From: Cytophagales bacterium
Lineage (GTDB): Bacteria; Bacteroidota; Bacteroidia; Cytophagales; CCMP332
NCBI GenBank assembly: GCA_028279065.1
Contig: JANQSY010000190.1
Location: 22,653 to 86,652, forward strand
DNA length: 64,000 nt
Reading direction: 5' to 3'
The translations under genes were made by a program, and so were the position numbers. Shown here piece after piece: positions 30,909-40,050 of the stretch; within the stretch, counting starts at the first letter, position 1; each line of letters starts with the position of its first letter. The notes under the pieces are model-generated. The model was not told where the DNA came from and ran no database searches. It was given only the letters and a program-made list of their open reading frames with translations.

Positions 30909-31384
30909 TCGAAAGGCCAGACCTTCAGTTTATCTGTACAATTAGTCAATAGCTCTATTAGAGTTGTTCCCAATACCGGGTGGGTCAAATCAGGAGCAAG
31001 TTCCACCAAAGGGGACAGGGTAAACCTTCTTTCGGGAATTCCCGGGTGGGGGATTTGCAGATCTGTATCCTCAAGGATAAGATCCTCATAGAAAAGGATG
31101 TCTATATCAATTATTCGGGTTCCCCATTTCTCGATCCTTTCCCTGCCCATATGGTTTTCGATCTCCTGGATTGAGTTCAGTAGTTCCTTTGGTTCAAAAA
31201 AGGTTGAGATCTTGATCACCTGATTTAAGAACAAAGGTTGGTCTTCCTTGCCCCAGGCTTCGCTTTCATAGATTCTGGAAAAGTTTATGATCCTATGGTT
31301 CTTTTTGATTAGTTCTAGGCAGTTTTGAAGGTTTTTCAACCTGTCACCTATGTTGGAACCCGTTAGTAAAAAACTAGACCTCAT
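30875..31384 (-). CDS. folK: 2-amino-4-hydroxy-6-hydroxymethyldihydropteridine diphosphokinase
   Basis: HPPK pattern: LLTGSNIGDR...SRIYESEAWG...RIIDIDIL...LQIPHPGIPERRFTLSPL. I chose the start at ATG 31384. The 3' end overlaps the convergent fabD by 34 nt. Confidence 0.88.
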   Translation of the reverse strand: MRSSFLLTGSNIGDRLKNLQNCLELIKKNHRIINFSRIYESEAWGKEDQPLFLNQVIKISTFFEPKELLNSIQEIENHMGRERIEKWGTRIIDIDILFYEDLILEDTDLQIPHPGIPERRFTLSPLVELAPDLTHPVLGTTLIELLTNCTDKLKVWPFDHSAEATSASR

Positions 31385-31448
31385 TGGAGAACTTAAATAC
31401 GTTAAAATTTTGTATTCCAAGTAAGTTTAATCTTTAAATGCTATTCTC

Positions 31449-33212
31449 GTGAACTTCTTAAAGACTTTTCTGGCCTCATTTCTGGCCCTTTTGATTTTTA
31501 CAGTTTTTTCATTTTTCATGGTCATTGGTATTGCTTCAATAGCAAGCACCAGTTCCGAACCTAAAAAACTGGATGAGGAATCCATTCTTCAGATCAGCTT
31601 TAACCAACCCATTAATGAACAGGGAGCCGAAGATCCTTTCGAAGGTCTTGATCTTCCATTTGCCTCCCCAGATCGGGGAATAGGGCTGAATGAGATTCTT
31701 GGTTCGATTAAGAACGCGGCTTTAGATCCCAATATATTGGCTTTATACCTGAATTTTTCAGGGTTTCCGGGAGGAATGGCCAAGGCATATGAGATCCGTT
31801 CAGAGATCGAGAAATTCAAAGAAAGTGGAAAACCCGTAATTTTTTATGGGGATTTCTTAAGTGAAAGCGGATACTATCTTGCATCTGTAGCAGATTCAAT
31901 TTTCCTTAACCCAAATGGTATTGTTGAATTCAATGGCGCCAACGTCGAGATGGTATTCTTTAAGGGTTCCCTTGAAAAGCTTGAGGTAAAACCCGAGGTA
32001 TTTAAAGTTGGGAAATACAAAAGTGCTGTAGAGCCTTTCATTCGGTCTGATATGAGCGAGGAGAGTCGGGAACAGACCCTTGAATTGGTTGATGGTTTTT
32101 ACGGTCATTTTCTCCAGGAGATCTCAAGATCCAGAGGAATCGAAGAGCAAAGATTGAAGGAGATTAGTTCAGGGATGCTCGCAAAGACGCCAAATGACCT
32201 CAAGGAACATGGGTTGATCGATCGGGTGGTTTACCGTGATCAGGCCTATAAATCTATGAAGCTGATGGCTGGTCTTGAAGAGGATGATAAGGTGCCTCTT
32301 GTTAAACTAGGAAAATACAAAAAACTGGAAAGCCATATTGAACAACCGGAAACCAGGGACAGAATTGCCATCCTTGTAGCCGATGGTGAGATCCGAGATG
32401 GAAAAAGCGAGGAAGGTGTTGTTGGTTCAGAAACCCTGGTCAAGGAACTAAAGAGGCTTAAAAATAGCGACAGGGTAAAGGGAATTGTTTTGAGGGTGAA
32501 CTCTCCCGGAGGTGGAGGAATGGCATCGGATGAGATCTGGAGGGAGATCCAATTGGTAAGGGAAAAGAAACCAGTGGTCACATCCATGTCTGACCTTGCT
32601 GCCTCTGGTGGGTATTATATATCCATGGGTACAGATTACATTTATGCTGAGCCCAATACCATAACAGGTTCGATTGGAGTGTTCGCTCTTCTTTTTGATA
32701 TGACAGATTTCTTTGGTAATAAACTGGGAATAACTCGGGACAACGTAAAAACAGGAGAATATTCCGATATCATGAGCCCCCTTCACCACCTTTCTGATGC
32801 AGAAAGAGAGATAATCCAGAACTACGCTGAGAGCTTTTATGATAATTTTATTACCAAGGCTGCAGAAGGAAGGGATACAAGTCCTGAGGCTATTAATGAA
32901 ATAGGACAGGGTAGAGTTTGGACTGGCGTTCAGGCCAAAGAGAATGGTTTGGTGGATGAATTGGGTAGCTTGGATGATGCCATAGAAAAAGCTGCCGAGC
33001 TGGCGGAAGTTGACGAATACCGCATTAGGTACTATCCAAAACCCAAGAATTACTTTGAAAGAATGTTTGAAGGTCTCTCTGCCCAAATAAAAACTGAGTC
33101 CTTTAGCAAAGAATTAGGAGTTTTATACCCTCTTTTGTTAAAAGTAAAAGAACTGGATGCAAAAAAAGGTCTTTGGGCAAGACTACCGATGGGCTGGTCT
33201 CTTTCGTATTGA
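31449..33212 (+). CDS. sppA: signal peptide peptidase SppA, 67K type (tandem S49 domains)
   Basis: 587-aa ORF with an N-terminal TM segment and two ClpP/S49-like halves. The catalytic Ser block is DLAASGGYYIS. Confidence 0.88.
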   Translation: MNFLKTFLASFLALLIFTVFSFFMVIGIASIASTSSEPKKLDEESILQISFNQPINEQGAEDPFEGLDLPFASPDRGIGLNEILGSIKNAALDPNILALYLNFSGFPGGMAKAYEIRSEIEKFKESGKPVIFYGDFLSESGYYLASVADSIFLNPNGIVEFNGANVEMVFFKGSLEKLEVKPEVFKVGKYKSAVEPFIRSDMSEESREQTLELVDGFYGHFLQEISRSRGIEEQRLKEISSGMLAKTPNDLKEHGLIDRVVYRDQAYKSMKLMAGLEEDDKVPLVKLGKYKKLESHIEQPETRDRIAILVADGEIRDGKSEEGVVGSETLVKELKRLKNSDRVKGIVLRVNSPGGGGMASDEIWREIQLVREKKPVVTSMSDLAASGGYYISMGTDYIYAEPNTITGSIGVFALLFDMTDFFGNKLGITRDNVKTGEYSDIMSPLHHLSDAEREIIQNYAESFYDNFITKAAEGRDTSPEAINEIGQGRVWTGVQAKENGLVDELGSLDDAIEKAAELAEVDEYRIRYYPKPKNYFERMFEGLSAQIKTESFSKELGVLYPLLLKVKELDAKKGLWARLPMGWSLSY

Positions 33213-33216
33213 TCAT

Positions 33217-34737
33217 TTGATCAAGTTCGTATTCCCCCTGCTACTGATAACTTTCCTTTTTGAGCTTGCGTATGGACAGGCTGTATTTAAAGGTGATTTC
33301 TCTTCGGTAAATCCTTCTTTCGTAGGGCAGAACAGATCCATTCATGGTTACAGGGCTTTCCTGACCAAGGAAAAAGGAGATGGTTCCAATACTTATTTTT
33401 TAAACCTTGTTGGGGAAAATGGCGCTCTGGAAAAAAGTATTGAGTTCTCCCGATTGAAGAATTGGTTTCCGGTAGATCTTTCTGAATATGGAGACGATCT
33501 GGTTCTTTTCTTCAATCAGATAGACCGTGAAACCAGGAAAAGCACATCAGGCGCCCTGATCATTGACATTGAGGATGAAGAGATCAGCGATGAAATCCAA
33601 TTTGATGATGTATTTATAGGCGAGTGGGCTGGAAATGATGCCAAGGGGGCTACTCTTCAAAGTTTTGAAAGAGCAATGGAATCCTTTCGCGATCCAGGTC
33701 TTTCCATCCCCTTCGATTATAAGTTTTTTCTAGCACACTCACCATCTGGGGATCAACATCTTTTGTATAGATACGATTATTCAAAAGAAGATCTGTTTGC
33801 AAGGATCCTTTGGCTTAATGAGTCTCTTGAAGTCACCAATCAAAAGGAATTGATGCTGGATCAGGGCCGGGTCAATGTGGCTTTGTATGTCAATGACGTT
33901 TCGGATCTGTTTGTATTGAATACCGATGCCCTGGGGCTTATGGAACTGGTGAAATTCGATTCTTCGCTTCAGGATTTTGACTTCCTCCAGGTTCCTCCGG
34001 GTCATGCAGCAAGGGATGATTTTATTCTGAAATTCCTAACCGATGATCTGGTTTTTGTTGCTTCCAAGGTGGATTATGAAGGCGAATTTGAAGGAGTGTT
34101 TTATGCAAAATTCAATTTCGTTGAAGGGGACGTTGACCGGATACATTTTTTCAAGGTAGAAGATGAACTGAAGGAGAGGGTTGATAGCATAAATATGGCT
34201 GCATATGGTGAGAATGTGGATTGGGATGAATTTCATCTTGTCCTTTTCGAGGCCTATAATGAAGAAGAACTATTGATTGGTATTGAGGAGGTCCATATCG
34301 AATCCAGTGGAAAAAAATATTACCCCTGGCAGATCGATGAGCCCACAGAGTTTCAAGCTCATAAGTCCGTGATAATGGATGGAATGATAGGGCTTTTTTC
34401 CTTTAACCTATATGATGAGAACAGATGGAATTTCTGGATACCCAAGAAAGGCAAGAATGACATTTTAAAATATGCCGTTCTTCCAAATTTTCAAACAGAT
34501 TTTGAGGGAGGGGATAGGATAGCTTTTTATGAAAGAAATTATGAAAAATCTGCAGAGATCAAAAGAGTAGATTTTGATTATTATTATGCCCTTGAACCCA
34601 AGGAAGAGATGATTTCCATTGGTGAAAAAAACGCAAACTATTTCCCGGGTCTACTTTTCAAGGGTTCCGAAAATGCTGTTCTTCTTCCCTATGAGACCAA
34701 AAACGGGTCTGCAGGGATATTCCTAATTGAAAATTGA
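33217..34737 (+). CDS. hypothetical secreted acidic protein
   Basis: A long open frame with coding-like composition. The likely start is TTG at 33217, 5 nt after the sppA stop, giving the signal MIKFVFPLLLITFLFELAYGQ. The track ORF starts at 33157, inside sppA. I recognise no family. Confidence 0.6.
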   Translation: MIKFVFPLLLITFLFELAYGQAVFKGDFSSVNPSFVGQNRSIHGYRAFLTKEKGDGSNTYFLNLVGENGALEKSIEFSRLKNWFPVDLSEYGDDLVLFFNQIDRETRKSTSGALIIDIEDEEISDEIQFDDVFIGEWAGNDAKGATLQSFERAMESFRDPGLSIPFDYKFFLAHSPSGDQHLLYRYDYSKEDLFARILWLNESLEVTNQKELMLDQGRVNVALYVNDVSDLFVLNTDALGLMELVKFDSSLQDFDFLQVPPGHAARDDFILKFLTDDLVFVASKVDYEGEFEGVFYAKFNFVEGDVDRIHFFKVEDELKERVDSINMAAYGENVDWDEFHLVLFEAYNEEELLIGIEEVHIESSGKKYYPWQIDEPTEFQAHKSVIMDGMIGLFSFNLYDENRWNFWIPKKGKNDILKYAVLPNFQTDFEGGDRIAFYERNYEKSAEIKRVDFDYYYALEPKEEMISIGEKNANYFPGLLFKGSENAVLLPYETKNGSAGIFLIEN

Positions 34738-34738
34738 T

Positions 34739-35551
34739 ATGAACTCGTTCGAGGAAAGCCTCGCTTATCTGAATGGTATTCGGAAATGGGAGCCTGACAT
34801 TGGTTTGATACTGGGTACCGGGCTTGGTGGATTGGCAGATGAAATAGACATAATTGAATCAATTCCCTACTCTGACATCCCAAACTTCCCGGTTTCAACT
34901 GTAGAAAGTCATAGGGGTCGTTTGTTGTTTGGTCTTCTTGAGGGAAAGAAGGTTGTGGTTATGCAGGGGAGGTTTCACTATTACGAAGGCTACTCGCTTG
35001 AGCAGGTAGTTCACCCTGTAAGGGTCATGATCAAAATGGGGATCAACAACCTTTTCATTTCAAACGCAGCCGGTGGACTCAACCCTGAACAAGAGATCAG
35101 TGATCTGATGATCATAGAAGACCACATAAACCTGCTCCCTGGAAACCCCCTGATCGGGAAAAATCATACCGACCTTGGTCCAAGATTTCCAGACATGAGC
35201 CAAGCTTATAACAAAGATCTGATAGCCAAAGCATTGGAATTTAGCTCCGAGATTTCCGTCGGAATTCATAAAGGTGTTTATGCAGCCGTTCAGGGTCCCA
35301 TGCTGGAAACACCCGCTGAATACAAATACATCAGAGTTATTGGCGCGGATGCGGTTGGAATGTCCACAATTCCTGAAGTGATCGCAGCAGTCCACATGGG
35401 ATTGCAAGGGATCTTTGCCGTGTCTGTTATCACCGACTTAGGAGTAGAGGGAAAAATAAAGAAGGTAACTGTAGAGGAGGTTCTTGAAGCCGCGGCGGTC
35501 GCGGAACCTCAACTGACAAAGCTGATGAAACTGATGGCTAAGAGCCTTTAG
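34739..35551 (+). CDS. purine-nucleoside phosphorylase (trimeric PNP family I)
   Basis: Family blocks: ILGTGLG, HRGRLLFG...VVVMQGRFHYYEG, GPRFPDMS, VQGPMLETPAE, GADAVGMSTIPE. The ATG at 34739 lies 2 nt after the upstream stop. An alternative TTG lies at 34727. Confidence 0.9.
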   Translation: MNSFEESLAYLNGIRKWEPDIGLILGTGLGGLADEIDIIESIPYSDIPNFPVSTVESHRGRLLFGLLEGKKVVVMQGRFHYYEGYSLEQVVHPVRVMIKMGINNLFISNAAGGLNPEQEISDLMIIEDHINLLPGNPLIGKNHTDLGPRFPDMSQAYNKDLIAKALEFSSEISVGIHKGVYAAVQGPMLETPAEYKYIRVIGADAVGMSTIPEVIAAVHMGLQGIFAVSVITDLGVEGKIKKVTVEEVLEAAAVAEPQLTKLMKLMAKSL

Positions 35552-36317
35552 TCCAATCTGGTTTTCTCTTTTCTAGGAATGCACCGATACCCTCTTTGCA
35601 GTCTTCCGTACCCCGGGCTTCTGCGTTCCTTTTGGCAGCAATGTCGAGAGATTCATCCAGGCCAAGGTTAGAGATCTCAGCGAGAAGGCTTTTTGTCCCT
35701 TTTAGAGATTGTGAAGAGTTCTCGTAGGCAAGAATTGATGCCAGTGATCTGGCTTCCTCTTCCAAAAATTCGGATTCAACTACCTTATGGACCATGCCCA
35801 GCTCAAAAGCTTCTGGACTTGCAATGATCTTTCCGCTCAGAAGCAATTCTCTTGCCGTGCTTTCTCCTATCTTTCTCACAAGAAATACCGATACCAGTGC
35901 AGGTATAAATCCGATCTTAACTTCCGTAAAACCAAATTTTGCTTCGGGAACCGCAAGGGTAAAATCACAAATGGTAGCCAAACCAGCGCCACCTGCGATA
36001 GCATGCCCATTGACCGCGGCGATCACAGGTTTTGGGCCTTCATAGATCAATTTGAACAGTTCCTTGAGGTTATTTGAATCCTGCAGGTTCTCCTCATAGC
36101 TGAAATCCTGCATTTTTTGGAGGAAAGCCAGGTCTGCGCCTGAGCAAAAAGCCTTCCCCTCCCCTGTAAGAATGATCACCCTAGTTCCATCATCCGTGTA
36201 GGCCTTTCGGATCGATTCTGAAAGCATTTGCACCAATTCCGGGCTCAGTGCATTTCTTTTTTCTGGCCTGTTCATTCGGATCCAATGGATCAGGTTCTCT
36301 TTTTCCTCCTTAATCAT
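35538..36317 (-). CDS. enoyl-CoA hydratase/isomerase (crotonase family)
   Basis: 259-aa ORF with crotonase blocks: FCSGADL, PVIAAVNGHAIAGGAGLA, and EG..AF.EKR at the C-terminus. Confidence 0.88.
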   Translation of the reverse strand: MIKEEKENLIHWIRMNRPEKRNALSPELVQMLSESIRKAYTDDGTRVIILTGEGKAFCSGADLAFLQKMQDFSYEENLQDSNNLKELFKLIYEGPKPVIAAVNGHAIAGGAGLATICDFTLAVPEAKFGFTEVKIGFIPALVSVFLVRKIGESTARELLLSGKIIASPEAFELGMVHKVVESEFLEEEARSLASILAYENSSQSLKGTKSLLAEISNLGLDESLDIAAKRNAEARGTEDCKEGIGAFLEKRKPDWTKGS

Positions 36318-36321
36318 GGAT

Positions 36322-38355
36322 TCAAAGGTATTCCAAAATATATCCCTCGGCCAGATCCCAATATTTTATTTGAGCGCCGTTAAGAAAGGAGACCAATTCC
36401 GGTTTTCCGGTGAAGTTTCTTTCCAAAACAATAGTCCCGGAAAACTCTTTCAACAAGTGCAGCTTTTCTTTTTTGGGAAAACAAGATATATGAATAATCC
36501 TTGCAACATTCAGATCTGAGGGATCAGGATTATCCAAAAAAATTATCCGTTTGTTCCATAGACCATAAGAGGTGTTTGATCCCTTTTTTGGGACAGAAAG
36601 GACTCTGAGATCGCTGATCCTTTGATCTTTGAAGTAGCCATTTAAACTCCAATCGATAGTTTTTTGGGAAATCCGACCATTTCCCGGAATTATGAATGCC
36701 TGCTCTTTATCTGAAACCGCAAGTATCGATCCCTTGGAGGTAGGGAAAATAGCAATGGTATTTGGTCTTCCCTTAGTGAAATCCAGAACCGTTTGATAGC
36801 CTACCAAAATGATGACCAAGAACTGACCGCAAAGGATCATTTTCGGATTCTTTTCTTTCAGATAAATTGCGAAGGTGCTAACCAGGATTAGCGTGATGGC
36901 GAGAACCACAAAATCAAAGCCCAAGACCTGGATATCTGCAAAGGGGAGGCCTGAAAACAAATTGAGGATTATTGTGAATTTTTCAATCACCTCGTTAAGA
37001 AAAAAGCAAAGGAATTCAAATAGTTTTTCGCTGATAAAGGAAACCATTAAGGCTGTTGAGAACAGTGAAAGAATGATTAAGGCGATAAGGCCTGAAAAGA
37101 GATTGGTAACCAATCCGTACACTTGGAATTGCCCGAAATAAAAAAGAACAACGGGGCTGGTGGTCAAAAGGACTGAAAGCGTCAAGGCAAGTGACCTCCA
37201 AACCCAACCCAGAACCGGAATGAAGCTGAAATAGGTATTGGTAAGGGGGCCATAAAACATAAAGATCCCTGCCATTGCAGAATAGGACAACTGAAATCCC
37301 ATATCGTGGATCAGATTGGGGTCAAAAATCAACAATAGAAAGGCTGAAAGACCCAGAGCATTCCAATTGGTATGTTTTCTTCCCAAAGAACTTCCTATCT
37401 CTATCAGTGAGAGCATAATGCATGCCCTTAAGGCCGAAGGGGGCAAGCCCGAGAGGAATGCATAGGCAGACATGATCAGAATTACTATTGCCGTCCGGAG
37501 CCACTTCAATCTACCTTTTGGCTTCCGGAACAGGAAGCTTAGAATCAGGTAGATAATGCCCATGTGAAGCCCAGAGACCGCCATAAGGTGACTCGCTCCC
37601 GACCTACGAAATTCATCCTTGGTCTCCTGATCTATCCCATTTTTTTGTCCAAGGGCCATAGCCATCAGCACGCCCAGGTTTTTTGGGTCCATCACTTTGG
37701 AAAACCGGTCCTCTATCCAGATCCTGGCATTGGCAGCAGCCCTCTGAAACAGGTATCCAATAGCCAGTTCAACTGAAACGAATTCACCTTCTTCGACAAA
37801 AATTCTGTGAGTAATACCCTTTTTTAAATAAAATTCCTTGACGTCAAATTCGTAGGGATTCATTGGCCCCTGGATCTCAATTCTGATTCCTTTGACCAGG
37901 ATAAGATCCCCAGGCAAAAATTCAGGATCTTCCTTTCGATCTATGTAAACCAAAACACCTTGGTCGCAATCGATCCATGTCCAACCCCTTCTTTTGGATC
38001 TTACCCTTGCCTGATATCTTACTGAGTTATCATTGGGTTTCAGCTCCTTCGATATCAAAATGAGGTAATCAGATTTTTCGGATTTCACCTTTTCTTCCTT
38101 AACCGATTCAGTTTTATCGGTTAGGGAAATAAGCATCCCCAGCATTAGTACGGAGGTCATCAGGAAGAGCCCGATTAGAGATTGCCTTCTAAGTGAAGTT
38201 TCTTTTCTGAGATAAAATATTGCTGATAAAAAAAGAAAAAGGGCTATTCCGAAAAATGATACCCAATAGGGTAAGGACAAGTGCTCGCCCAGCAGGATCC
38301 CAAGGATCAAGAAAAGGCTTAGCCTTACAAATGGGAATATCCCCCAGTAGAACAA
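36322..38355 (-). CDS. comEC: ComEC/Rec2-family DNA internalisation channel protein (no metallo-beta-lactamase domain seen)
   Basis: 677-aa polytopic ORF with an OB-like N-terminal region (DUF4131-like). The competence-domain block is RRSGASHLMAVSGLHMGII. I see no HxHxDH motif in the C-terminal region. Confidence 0.8.
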   Translation of the reverse strand: MFYWGIFPFVRLSLFLILGILLGEHLSLPYWVSFFGIALFLFLSAIFYLRKETSLRRQSLIGLFLMTSVLMLGMLISLTDKTESVKEEKVKSEKSDYLILISKELKPNDNSVRYQARVRSKRRGWTWIDCDQGVLVYIDRKEDPEFLPGDLILVKGIRIEIQGPMNPYEFDVKEFYLKKGITHRIFVEEGEFVSVELAIGYLFQRAAANARIWIEDRFSKVMDPKNLGVLMAMALGQKNGIDQETKDEFRRSGASHLMAVSGLHMGIIYLILSFLFRKPKGRLKWLRTAIVILIMSAYAFLSGLPPSALRACIMLSLIEIGSSLGRKHTNWNALGLSAFLLLIFDPNLIHDMGFQLSYSAMAGIFMFYGPLTNTYFSFIPVLGWVWRSLALTLSVLLTTSPVVLFYFGQFQVYGLVTNLFSGLIALIILSLFSTALMVSFISEKLFEFLCFFLNEVIEKFTIILNLFSGLPFADIQVLGFDFVVLAITLILVSTFAIYLKEKNPKMILCGQFLVIILVGYQTVLDFTKGRPNTIAIFPTSKGSILAVSDKEQAFIIPGNGRISQKTIDWSLNGYFKDQRISDLRVLSVPKKGSNTSYGLWNKRIIFLDNPDPSDLNVARIIHISCFPKKEKLHLLKEFSGTIVLERNFTGKPELVSFLNGAQIKYWDLAEGYILEYL

Positions 38356-38356
38356 C

Positions 38357-38788
38357 CTATTTCCTCATAGTGAGATGTATTATGCCGCACTCAACAAACT
38401 GGTCTCCTTCGGTGGAGTAGCCTAAACTCTTATAAAAATCCACTGCATCTATCTGAGCATGCATGAAAAGATCTCCGGGGGATAGATCATGATCTTCCTG
38501 AATATTGGATTCAACTTTTTTGACCAGAGCCCTTCCTACACCTTTTCCCCTGCATTCGTTGAGAACGGCGAATCGTTCCAATTTATACTTTCCCTAGTCT
38601 TCCCTCCACCTTGCAGCACCAACTGGTTTGCCATCCAACTTGGCGAGGAAATGCCTGGATATAGATTCGAATTCATCGAACTCCGCCTCCTCAGGAACTT
38701 CCTGTTCTCCAACAAACACGGTATATCTAATCGATCTGTATGATTGAAAGTCAGGATGATCAGGGGATATTTCGGAAACCTCTATCAC
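38357..38788 (-). pseudogene. GNAT-family N-acetyltransferase interrupted by a single in-frame TAG
   Basis: Track ORFs 38594-38788 and 38357-38581 are in the same frame. The sequence reads ...GAARWRED-TAG(38594-38596)-GKYKLERFAVLNECRGKGVGRALV..., so the two halves together form one ~143-aa GNAT. The acetyl-CoA motif R-G-K-G-V-G lies downstream of the stop. Confidence 0.7.
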
Positions 38789-38790
38789 TT

Positions 38791-40050
38791 TTATAAGGTT
38801 AATACGGCCTTCAGGGTGCTAACCCATCTGTCGCTTTGAACTACTCTTAAGATAACAATTCCTTTTGAGATTTCCCTGATATTCAGGATGGTTTTACCGT
38901 CCAGATCAGATGTCCCGGAGTACTCTCCCAAATACTCTCCGGCCGAGCTGTATGTACGGATATAATAATCAGCGAATGGAACCATTCCACCGATTTTGAC
39001 CTGATCTGGATCGTCCGTTGCGCTAATGTATAGTTCAGGAATATCAAACTCCTTGTCAGGACAATCGATCTCATTTTGAAGAAGTGCAGTTCTGTGCGGG
39101 AAATCGCCGGAAGTTAGGACATACCTCATCAATGATTTCTGTCCTTCAGTGAAAATGTTGAAGCAGGTGTCATTTGAATAATCCATATAGTTTTCAACCA
39201 TATCGGGAGAATTACAGGATACTCGGTTTACGTTGCAACCGTAATTAGCGGTCAGTGCATCCGGGGTGTCATCAATGGAGTCTGGCAGGTCTGCAAATCC
39301 ACATCCGGAAACTTCTCCCCAGATATGTCTTAGTCCAAGGTAGTGGCCAATCTCATGCGTGGTCGTTCTGCCAGTGTTATAAGGATTATTCCGAAAATCA
39401 GTGGTCCCTACATCTCCGAAAAAGCGATGCACGATGACCACCCCATCTGTATTTGGGCTGGAGGTAAAATTCCAGGGGAACTGCGCATACCCTAAGGAAT
39501 TCCCGTTTAAAGAGGGGATCACATAGACATTCAAGTACTTGGTCGGGGGCCAGTAATTCTGTGACTTGATGTATTCATCATCTCTAGGATATCGCAGGTT
39601 GGTATTGTGGATGGTGTCTCTTGTAATCCCAGAGGTTTCTTGGCCGTTAGGGTCTTCAGTGGCAAGGCAGAAATCGATCTCTGTGTCGGCCCCTACTGGA
39701 TTATCGTTGTATCCCGGGCTTCCAAAGACCTTCCTATAATCTTCATTCAAGATCCTGATCTGAGAAAAGATCTGCTCGTTTGAAATATTTGTTCCCTTTC
39801 CAACTACATTGTCTTCAACCGCATGGAGGACGTGAACCACAACCTTTATGGTCAGCACTCCGCCAGTATCGCTTTGGAGCCAATTCCTGAAATTCTTTTT
39901 GAAGTTTTTCTTTGCTAAAGTCTCCTCTTTTTGGAAGGTATAGGAGATGGCATTGAGATCTGTCATTGCACATTTCGGAGGATTTTGAGCAGCTAATTCA
40001 AGGGTATTGAATAACAAAAAGAGCACCAGAATTATTTTGATCACCCTCAT
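38791..40050 (-). CDS. M43 (pappalysin-like) zinc metalloprotease with T9SS-type C-terminal domain
   Basis: 419-aa ORF with a signal peptide and the metzincin motif HEIGHYLGLRHIW. The ~80-aa C-terminal beta-rich tail is consistent with a T9SS type A CTD. Confidence 0.8.
   Translation of the reverse strand: MRVIKIILVLFLLFNTLELAAQNPPKCAMTDLNAISYTFQKEETLAKKNFKKNFRNWLQSDTGGVLTIKVVVHVLHAVEDNVVGKGTNISNEQIFSQIRILNEDYRKVFGSPGYNDNPVGADTEIDFCLATEDPNGQETSGITRDTIHNTNLRYPRDDEYIKSQNYWPPTKYLNVYVIPSLNGNSLGYAQFPWNFTSSPNTDGVVIVHRFFGDVGTTDFRNNPYNTGRTTTHEIGHYLGLRHIWGEVSGCGFADLPDSIDDTPDALTANYGCNVNRVSCNSPDMVENYMDYSNDTCFNIFTEGQKSLMRYVLTSGDFPHRTALLQNEIDCPDKEFDIPELYISATDDPDQVKIGGMVPFADYYIRTYSSAGEYLGEYSGTSDLDGKTILNIREISKGIVILRVVQSDRWVSTLKAVLTL

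Noticed and set aside
32448-33086. A 212-aa antisense ORF inside sppA. Similar shadow ORFs occur at 1094-1477, 15134-15568, 35060-35407, 43304-43669, 43714-44145, 51063-51338, 56124-56531 and 59749-60177.
   Set aside because: Each lies entirely within a well-supported CDS on the opposite strand. Their composition is low-complexity or odd, and none has a recognisable motif.
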